Origin: Calditrichota bacterium
GTDB taxonomy: Bacteria; Calditrichota; Calditrichia; Calditrichales; J004
NCBI GenBank assembly: GCA_024277115.1
Contig: JAJRVW010000044.1
Span: 5,208-69,207 of the forward strand
Length of the DNA stretch: 64,000 nt
Direction of reading: 5' to 3'
The notes under the pieces are model-generated. The model was not told the DNA's origin and did no database searches. It saw nothing but the letters and a program-made list of their open reading frames with translations. Made by a program: the position numbers and the translations under genes. This document shows, piece by piece, positions 58,201-64,000 of this stretch. Position 1 is the stretch's first letter. Each line of letters starts with the position of its first letter.

Positions 58201-59737
58201 TACAGACCATATTGTTACAGTAGTAATAACTGATGACAGTCCTCTTAGCACTGTAAAGTTATTTTTTAAAAAAGGTGGGGCGACCAATTTTAACTCGGTT
58301 AATATGGAGAACACAGGTGGGGATAATTATTCGGGTACAATTCCGGCAAGTTCTCTAACGGCAACCGGGATCTCATTTTACATATTTGCGGTTGATGATT
58401 TTTTCAACGACAGCACCAGCGATACAAATAGTATCCAGCTTGTTGTTCCAAACGGAATTACCTTACCCGGTGGGGTAAAAGCAGGAAATACGGTTTTTGA
58501 TTACAAGCTTTTTTCTGTACCGTTGGATATTGGCGATAAACCTATGTCTCAGTTTTTAAATAATAACCCGGATTTTGGCAGCGATGTCGATTGGAAGAGT
58601 TTCCGCCTTTTTGGACTAAGATCAGGGGATACCGAACTAAAAGAATATCCGGATGTTGATAATATTATCCCCGGGCGTGCCTATTTTATACTTAGCTCCG
58701 ATGATAAAACCATGAGTTCCGGGCTTGGAAAAACCGTTGACATTTCCGGTTCTTATTCAATATCAGTGCCCCAGGGATGGAGCCTGATTGGCAATCCATT
58801 CAATTTTAGGGTACCCTACGATTCACTCTACACCAAACCGCCCGTTAATTTTGTTTTAAGAAGCTTTGATGGTGATTGGCCTTTAAACCAATCTGGTCTT
58901 GAGCCGTGGCAAGGTTATGCTTTATGGGTAGAAAATACCACTACATTTAAAATATCGCCCGGACCGGATAATCTTGGTAAATCTCCTGCCTTATACACAA
59001 CCGAGAACAATTCCACGGATGAGTGGCTTATCCGGATTAAGGCAAAGAATGGCAAAAGTATAAGTGATTTTAATTTTATCGGCCAGCAATTTGCGGCCTC
59101 GGACGGTATTGATAAATTGGATTTACGTACACCGCCCCGTTTTCAAAAGCAGGTTGTCCTTTCCTTTAAAAATGATGCTGACGAGAAAATCGCTTCGGAC
59201 ATCCGAGCCACAAACCCCAATGGGCATAGCTGGGAATTTACCTGCTATACAAATCCCGATGAAGAGGTGTTGGCATTGAATTTTTCCGGGATGGGTGGAA
59301 TCAAAGAAAAAGAAATATATTTGTATGACAGGGATACGGGCCGTTCTTATAACCTTAAGCAACAACAAGAAATAAATTTTGCCGCAAAAGGACGGGCAGA
59401 GAAAAACTTTATCCTTGTGGCCGGAACACAATCTTATCTGGAATCGCTAAGCCTGGAAACACAGTTTACACCAACATATTTTGAATTAAGTCCGGTTTTC
59501 CCAAATCCTTTTAACCCGGTTACACAATTGAACTACAGCATTATTAGAGAAGGCCACGTCACCCTGGAAGTTTATAACCTCTTGGGCCAAAAAATCTCAA
59601 CGCTGGTAGACAACAATCTGCCCGAAGGAAATTATACGGCCGTGTGGCAACCGCAAAATGCAAGTTCAGGGATTTATTTGTTTAAATTGACCATGGGCAA
59701 GAAGGTACAGATTCAACGTGGACTACTCATAAAATAG
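55220..59737 (+). CDS. Giant secreted FG-GAP/VCBS-repeat protein with tandem Ig-like modules and a T9SS C-terminal sorting domain
   Basis: GTG start with signal peptide. Seven or more repeats of the type GDFDxDGDLD/YDNDGDLDI. Repeated PNGGE...W modules. The C-terminus VFPNPFNP...GIYLFKL... is the Por_Secre_tail pattern. Confidence 0.85.
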   Translation: MKTKTFILTLIINLFLISGFLHAYQISFNEQSVGFTGVSYGAAEFGDFDADGDLDFLLFGQGAEGNTGLIYINTGNSFDADSVIALGTTAWSVDAKWFDYDNDGDLDILISGDSFGSYTQILVNNNNIFAEAPLTFFNLKYSAVDWGDYDNDGDLDLIYTGLTSTDFSRPIKIYLNNDLTFADAGIELDGAEYGDLEWVDYDNDGDLDIFVTGSNGGRNSTLYKKDASGYVDTGFSFPNYLNAASDWGDFDQDGDLDLVVCGNKPGQETVVYQNNQTGFEVFATNLVGIEKGDVKWADFDNDGDLDIVLSGNSASGNVTKIYTNDGSAFTDAGVALVGLKNTAIAVGDYDNDRDMDFILCGWDVNGDYFTLLYSNNSADKNSAPNRPINLSQSTDANNVIFGWDGAGDDQTASAGITFNLRVGTTPGGQDIIASHTVPIIEKFMLSKRGNTAHRSGFTLKGVQPGTYYWSVQSIDNSFANSGFAPEQVFEVSDPPVIKITQPNGGEIWSKDSTYSIQWTDNISNDVKIELYKSAAFDSEISASTASDGEFEWTVPAGIANGTDYKIKITDVSDNLVADVSDNVFEISGIIPSVTVTNPNGGEELVIGSQYNIEFSSTHTSDFKLEYSTNNGTDWLQITVVNNSSGNSSHSWTVPNDQSDQCLLKVTDVNEISISDISDANFTIREAKQLTIGRPNGGEVWSKDSTYSIQWTDNISNNVKIELYKGAAFNSEISASTASDGEFEWTVPAGIANGTDYKIKITDVSDNLVADISDNFFEINGIIPSVTIANPNGGEKLIIGSQYNIDFSSTHESDFKIEYQWEPGTNWIFLTTINNTSGNSSYSWTIPNTPSVNCQVKVSDLNTSTIFDESDAVFTIQTGPLLTLNQPNGGENLVAGDDYNIRWTSRDVANISIFYSVNGGASWAEITNSVPAADSALVWSIPNTPSTQCLVRIEDRSDNSVLDISEAVFEISPPPSDNDNPRIGEPNYSDAEPINTDHIVTVVITDDSPLSTVKLFFKKGGATNFNSVNMENTGGDNYSGTIPASSLTATGISFYIFAVDDFFNDSTSDTNSIQLVVPNGITLPGGVKAGNTVFDYKLFSVPLDIGDKPMSQFLNNNPDFGSDVDWKSFRLFGLRSGDTELKEYPDVDNIIPGRAYFILSSDDKTMSSGLGKTVDISGSYSISVPQGWSLIGNPFNFRVPYDSLYTKPPVNFVLRSFDGDWPLNQSGLEPWQGYALWVENTTTFKISPGPDNLGKSPALYTTENNSTDEWLIRIKAKNGKSISDFNFIGQQFAASDGIDKLDLRTPPRFQKQVVLSFKNDADEKIASDIRATNPNGHSWEFTCYTNPDEEVLALNFSGMGGIKEKEIYLYDRDTGRSYNLKQQQEINFAAKGRAEKNFILVAGTQSYLESLSLETQFTPTYFELSPVFPNPFNPVTQLNYSIIREGHVTLEVYNLLGQKISTLVDNNLPEGNYTAVWQPQNASSGIYLFKLTMGKKVQIQRGLLIK
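56723..57664 (+). repeat. Internal 576-nt-period tandem duplication within the FG-GAP gene (units 56723-57088 and 57299-57664)
   Basis: Long near-identical nucleotide runs, e.g. GGTCGAAAGACAGCACTTACAGTATCCAATGGACAGATAATATTTCCAAT in both units. The protein modules are >85% identical. Confidence 0.85.
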
Positions 59738-59770
59738 ACTTAATAAGTTCATCATATTACACTTCTAAAA

Positions 59771-59800
59771 AGCTATCCATTTTGGATAGCTTTTTTTTTT
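59771..59800 (+). terminator. Rho-independent terminator after the FG-GAP gene
   Basis: AGCTATCCA-TTT-TGGATAGCT followed by T9. Confidence 0.8.
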
Positions 59801-59931
59801 ACAAACAAGCTTATCGAAAAAATCAATACAACTATTTACCATTTATTAAAAATTTAATACTGCCCGAATAATAGCATTTCCCGAAGCGCTAAATTTTTAG
59901 TATCTTCATTTTAAAAACCAATATAAAAACG

Positions 59932-62900
59932 ATGACCCGAATTAAGAATATAATTGGGCTATGGGTTCTACTGCTCGGTACACTCTTTGCCCAACAATAC
60001 AGCTTTGAGCATCTTTCGCTGGAAGAGGGAATTTCCTACAACCTCACCTATTCTATTTTGCAAGATAAGGAAGGTTTTATGTGGTTTGGCACCTTCTACG
60101 GGCTTGTGCGTTTTGACGGCCGGGACTATACCCATTTTAAACACAACCCTTTCGATAGCAATTCTGTTTCTTCTGATGATATTATTTCTCTTTATGAAGA
60201 CAAAAATGGTTTTATCTGGGTAGGAACCTGGTCCGGCGGTTTAAACCGTTTTAACCCCGCTACCGAAACCTTTAAACATTATAAATATTCCACAAGCGAT
60301 ACGTTAAGCCTTAGCAACAATCTTGTTTATGATATTGCCGAAGACAAGTTAGGCCGGATTTGGGTGGCGACCAATAATGGGCTAAACCGTTTTATTCCAG
60401 CATCTGATCCTGCAAACACAGAAGGCAGGGATTACTTTGTGCGCTATACGCTGGAGCCCGGCAATAAGCACTCCATAAATAATACAAAAGTACGTGCCCT
60501 TTTTAAAGACTCCAGGGACAGGTTGTGGGTTGGGATTAATGGAGGCGGATTGCATTATTACGATGCCGACCAGGATTATTTTATCCGCCTGGAAGAAGTT
60601 ACCCGCGATGGCAGCACAAGTATCATCGAAATTTTTGAAGACAACAAACAAAACCTTTGGCTGGCAACCTGGGGCGGCGGATTGAAGAAAGTTAAGCCCA
60701 TTGAATCGGAAAATGGCGACGTGGTTGGTTTACGGATGAAGATTTTTAAGAACGACCCGGATGACCCAAAATCTATAAGCAACAATAATATTTGGTCTTT
60801 AGAACAAGATAAAAACGGTAATTTATGGATCGGGACATACGAAGGCCTGAACCGGTTTAATTATGACGACATGAGTTTTGACCGTTACTTTCATGATGAA
60901 AAAAACACCACAACGTTAAGCAGCAGCAAGGTTTCCGCAATAACTTTGGATTATTCCGGTGTCCTTTGGATCGGCACCTTTTATGGAGGCATCGATCGTA
61001 TCGTGCCCGGTGTGGCGCAGTTTGAGACATTTTTACACAACCCTTTCGATCCCCGAAGCCTAATCGGGAAAGAGGTAAATGCCTTATTGGAAGACAGCGG
61101 GCAAAATGTTTGGGCCGGTACGCGCAGCGGGCTTTCTAAAATAAGTAAAGACAAGGATAAATACGTCTACAAAAATATTGTTTTTGGAGAGGGCGTCAAA
61201 AACAAGGCCAACGAGGTAACCTCTTTAGCAATGGACCTGCAAGGAAATATCTGGGTCGGCACATACGATGGATTGTATGCTATCTTTAAAGACGGGCATA
61301 CTGAACATTATAACCTGCCACTCCTCCGTTTTGAAAACGAGCAGGGAAACATTGTCACCAGTTTACTGATTGATGACAGAGGCTGGCTTTGGGTAGGCAC
61401 GATTTTGCAGGGCTTAAGTTTGTTCGATCTAAAATCAAAAGTGTTTAATTCATTTAAATATGATGCAAATGACTCCTCTTCGATCAGTTCTAATTATGTC
61501 GTATCCATAAATAAAGACAGGGACGGCGATTTGTGGATCGGGACATATCGCGGTTTAAACAGACTTGTTCTAACATCGCCAAGCTCCGGCCAACCGCAGG
61601 CGTTTTTTGAACACACCCTGCCACTAAAAAATGGTGTGGTCCAGATTAACGATAAAGTTTTCTCCGTTTATGAAGACCAGCATGATAATATCTGGATTGG
61701 CACCAATAGCGGGCTCCTGCGCTACAATCAAAATTTACGCACACTAAAAACATATAACGAGGCCAATGGGCTGCCCAATAATGTAATCTGCGCCATCCTT
61801 GAAGATGATGACAACAACCTGTGGATGAGTACGCACAAAGGCATTATAAAATATAATCCTGAAAAGAAAACTTTTAATAATTATTATACTTTGCACGGCC
61901 TGCAAAGCAATATTTTTAACCCGGGCGCTTATTTTAAAAACGATATGGGCAAGATGATGTTTGGCGGTATAAACGGGTTCAATTCTTTCTATCCCGAAAA
62001 TATCACCCGTTCCGGTCAAATCCCGGCGGTGGTGATTACATCAATAAAAATATTTGACCGGCCGAAAAAATTTGATAAACGTATTTCTGACCTAAAAGAA
62101 ATTAAACTCACCTATGAAGAAAATTTTTTTACAATAAAATTTGCCGCGCTTGACTATCGTATGCCGGAGAGAAACCAGTATTATTATTTTTTGGAAGGCT
62201 TTGACCGTAACTGGGTGTATAACGAGACGAAAAATTATGCCAGTTATACCAACCTTGATCCCGGTGAATATATTTTTAGAGTGCGCGGCTCTAACAGCAA
62301 TGGTGTCTGGAACGAAAACGGCCGCTCAATCAGGATAATAATTATACCGCCTTTTTGGCAAACATGGTGGTTTAAATCCGCAATTGGTTTATTAATTTTA
62401 GTGCTGCTTCTTTTTCTCATTTTTATGATCCACCGAAGTGAAAAAAGGAAAACATCCTTTAATAAAAAACTTTCTGAGTTAAAGCTTCAGGCGCTTCGGG
62501 CACAGATGAACCCGCATTTTATTTTTAATACAATTAACTCGATCCAATATTTTATTTCTTGTAATGACCAGGAATCGGCGTTTATGTACTTATCTAAATT
62601 TTCCAACCTTATGCGCCAAACATTGGACAACTCCGCCAAATCGCGCATCTCCCTTTCCCGCGAGTTGGAGGCATTACAACTTTATATGGATTTACAAAAA
62701 TTAAGATTTGAACAAAGGTTTGAATATAAAATAACCGTTGATCCCAAAATTGACATCCATAATAGCGAAATACCCACAATGCTTATACAACCATATATTG
62801 AGAATGCCATTAACCACGGAATTAGTAAGAAAAAATCGAAGGGGCATATTAATGTAGTATTAACGCACATGAATGGTAGTTTAAAATGTGTCGTGGAGGA

Positions 62901-63111
62901 TGATGGTATCGGTATAGAAAAATCTAAAAAACTAAAAAAATCAATCAAACCGGGGCATACTTCATCGGGGATGCGCCTTACAAAAGAGCGGCTAACAATT
63001 ATAAATGTTGGTAAAAATAAAGATTCATTTATTTCTGTTATTGACCGCTCTCAAGAAAACGCCGAACTAAGCGGCACAAAAGTAACGATTAAGATTCCGC
63101 TAGTGGAGTAG
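59932..63111 (+). CDS. Hybrid sensor: periplasmic beta-propeller repeats, Y_Y_Y domain, TM helix, LytS/YehU-type histidine kinase
   Basis: Many Reg_prop repeats (GFMWFGTFYGLVRFDG and similar). Y_Y_Y region (YYYFLEGFDRNWVY). TM helix WWFKSAIGLLILVLLLFLIFMI. His_kinase motif LRAQMNPHFIFNTINSIQYF and an HATPase C-terminus. Confidence 0.85.
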   Translation: MTRIKNIIGLWVLLLGTLFAQQYSFEHLSLEEGISYNLTYSILQDKEGFMWFGTFYGLVRFDGRDYTHFKHNPFDSNSVSSDDIISLYEDKNGFIWVGTWSGGLNRFNPATETFKHYKYSTSDTLSLSNNLVYDIAEDKLGRIWVATNNGLNRFIPASDPANTEGRDYFVRYTLEPGNKHSINNTKVRALFKDSRDRLWVGINGGGLHYYDADQDYFIRLEEVTRDGSTSIIEIFEDNKQNLWLATWGGGLKKVKPIESENGDVVGLRMKIFKNDPDDPKSISNNNIWSLEQDKNGNLWIGTYEGLNRFNYDDMSFDRYFHDEKNTTTLSSSKVSAITLDYSGVLWIGTFYGGIDRIVPGVAQFETFLHNPFDPRSLIGKEVNALLEDSGQNVWAGTRSGLSKISKDKDKYVYKNIVFGEGVKNKANEVTSLAMDLQGNIWVGTYDGLYAIFKDGHTEHYNLPLLRFENEQGNIVTSLLIDDRGWLWVGTILQGLSLFDLKSKVFNSFKYDANDSSSISSNYVVSINKDRDGDLWIGTYRGLNRLVLTSPSSGQPQAFFEHTLPLKNGVVQINDKVFSVYEDQHDNIWIGTNSGLLRYNQNLRTLKTYNEANGLPNNVICAILEDDDNNLWMSTHKGIIKYNPEKKTFNNYYTLHGLQSNIFNPGAYFKNDMGKMMFGGINGFNSFYPENITRSGQIPAVVITSIKIFDRPKKFDKRISDLKEIKLTYEENFFTIKFAALDYRMPERNQYYYFLEGFDRNWVYNETKNYASYTNLDPGEYIFRVRGSNSNGVWNENGRSIRIIIIPPFWQTWWFKSAIGLLILVLLLFLIFMIHRSEKRKTSFNKKLSELKLQALRAQMNPHFIFNTINSIQYFISCNDQESAFMYLSKFSNLMRQTLDNSAKSRISLSRELEALQLYMDLQKLRFEQRFEYKITVDPKIDIHNSEIPTMLIQPYIENAINHGISKKKSKGHINVVLTHMNGSLKCVVEDDGIGIEKSKKLKKSIKPGHTSSGMRLTKERLTIINVGKNKDSFISVIDRSQENAELSGTKVTIKIPLVE

Positions 63112-63140
63112 AAATAAATACGAACAGATTGGGGGCGATA

Positions 63141-63929
63141 ATGGTAAGAGCTATAATTATTGACGATGAAGCGAAAAGCAGGAAATTGCTGCGCAATTTA
63201 TTAAACGAGTATTGCGAGGAAATTGAGATTATTGATTTGGCCGAGTCGGTTGAATCGGGCGTAAAAAGTATTTTAAAAAATAAACCGGACTTAATTTTTT
63301 TAGATATCGAAATGCCCGATGGAACAGGGTTTGACCTGCTTGAGCGTATTGGATCGTTTCAATCGGAGGTAATTTTTACAACTGCGTATGATCAATATGC
63401 CATTAAAGCCATCCACTTAAGTGTATTGGATTATTTATTAAAGCCGATAAACCTGGCTGACCTTAAAAGTGCAGTGGCCAAAGTAAACTCCAAATTAACC
63501 AGGCAGGCAGAGAATCATTCAGTCAACAAAAGCTTACAGGTCCTTTTGGAAAACAGTAAGGCGATGACCAACGATAAAAAGATCGGCCTCTCTACGCAGA
63601 ACGGTATCAATTTTGTTTATATAAAAGATATCGTCATGTGCAAAGCGGAAGGTAATTACAGTATTATCTATCTGGCCGGGAAACAAAGGCAGGAAATGGT
63701 TTCGCGCACATTAAAGGAGTTTGAAGATATGCTGACGGAGTTCAATTTTTTTCGGGTACACCGAACCTATTTGATAAACCTTGGGCACATAAAAGAGTAT
63801 AGCCGCACAAATCAATCTTCGGATTATGATGGTGATGGCGGAAGTGTCATCATGAACAATAATATGCATGTTCCGGTTTCTCGCGATAGGCGGAAACATT
63901 TGCTGGAAAGGTTTTCAAAACCCTTTTAG
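63141..63929 (+). CDS. LytR/AlgR-family response regulator (REC plus LytTR DNA-binding domain)
   Basis: REC domain: IIIDDE, LIFLDIEMPDGTG and LLKP. LytTR domain: IVMCKAEGNYSIIYL...FFRVHRTYLINL. Confidence 0.85.
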   Translation: MVRAIIIDDEAKSRKLLRNLLNEYCEEIEIIDLAESVESGVKSILKNKPDLIFLDIEMPDGTGFDLLERIGSFQSEVIFTTAYDQYAIKAIHLSVLDYLLKPINLADLKSAVAKVNSKLTRQAENHSVNKSLQVLLENSKAMTNDKKIGLSTQNGINFVYIKDIVMCKAEGNYSIIYLAGKQRQEMVSRTLKEFEDMLTEFNFFRVHRTYLINLGHIKEYSRTNQSSDYDGDGGSVIMNNNMHVPVSRDRRKHLLERFSKPF

Positions 63930-64000
63930 TACCGTGATTTTCTGATCGTGGAAGGGTTATTGCCGGTCTTGCAGAGATAATTTCCCCCAATAATCCAGAA

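Noticed and set aside
63926-64000. Possible C-terminal end of a minus-strand gene entering from the right edge (...FWIIGGNYLCKTGNNPSTIRKSRY*).
   Set aside because: Only ~24 codons are visible, with no motif. There is insufficient evidence to call a feature.
1-64000. Search for tRNA, rRNA, tmRNA, RNase P or SRP RNA genes.
   Set aside because: I saw no cloverleaf-compatible segments with a GGTTCGAAT-type T-loop and no conserved rRNA or SRP motifs in the intergenic regions. The TTCGAT-containing terminal repeats of the MITE-like element do not form a tRNA-like acceptor/T-arm. A proper tRNAscan/Infernal run is still needed.

Overview
This is a 64-kb chromosomal window from a moderately AT-rich Gram-negative bacterium (roughly low-to-mid 40s %GC by eye, not computed). 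It is probably an FCB-group lineage (Bacteroidota / Ignavibacteriota / Calditrichota-like). The basis is a giant surface protein with a T9SS Por_Secre_tail-type C-terminus, a Y_Y_Y/LytS-type hybrid sensor and many signal-peptide proteins. I call about 50 protein genes, densely packed and often translationally coupled. I found no rRNA, tRNA or CRISPR array. Main blocks, left to right: (1) secreted/outer-membrane proteins and hydrolases, an M16 peptidase and regulators. (2) A visibly AT-rich three-gene island at 13.2-15.9 kb (C5 DNA methyltransferase, PD-ExK endonuclease, Vsr), next to a SWIM/SNF2 helicase split by a 1-nt frameshift. (3) A divergent pair of radical-SAM/SPASM and membrane GT2 genes. 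(4) A REP-associated tyrosine transposase (RAYT) bracketed by GTAG-headed REP hairpins. (5) A two-gene ATP-citrate-lyase operon whose large subunit is unusually long at 908 aa. (6) A polyphosphate locus (Nudix, ppk1, CHAD, then orphan ParA plus a signal-peptide flavodoxin-like protein) in which ppk1 carries an in-frame TAA. (7) A PIN toxin / antitoxin pair in reversed order, era, an M50 protease, pcm, a GAF histidine kinase, a STAS protein and rpoZ. (8) Two periplasmic amidohydrolases and several small DUF proteins. (9) A CsgG-like protein, a 1505-aa FG-GAP/T9SS protein with a recent internal duplication, and a Y_Y_Y-LytS kinase / LytTR regulator pair. At least three families of extragenic palindromic repeats are visible, including a ~197-bp nested-palindrome MITE-like element present twice. 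All function calls rest on motifs read by eye from the supplied translations; no database search was possible.
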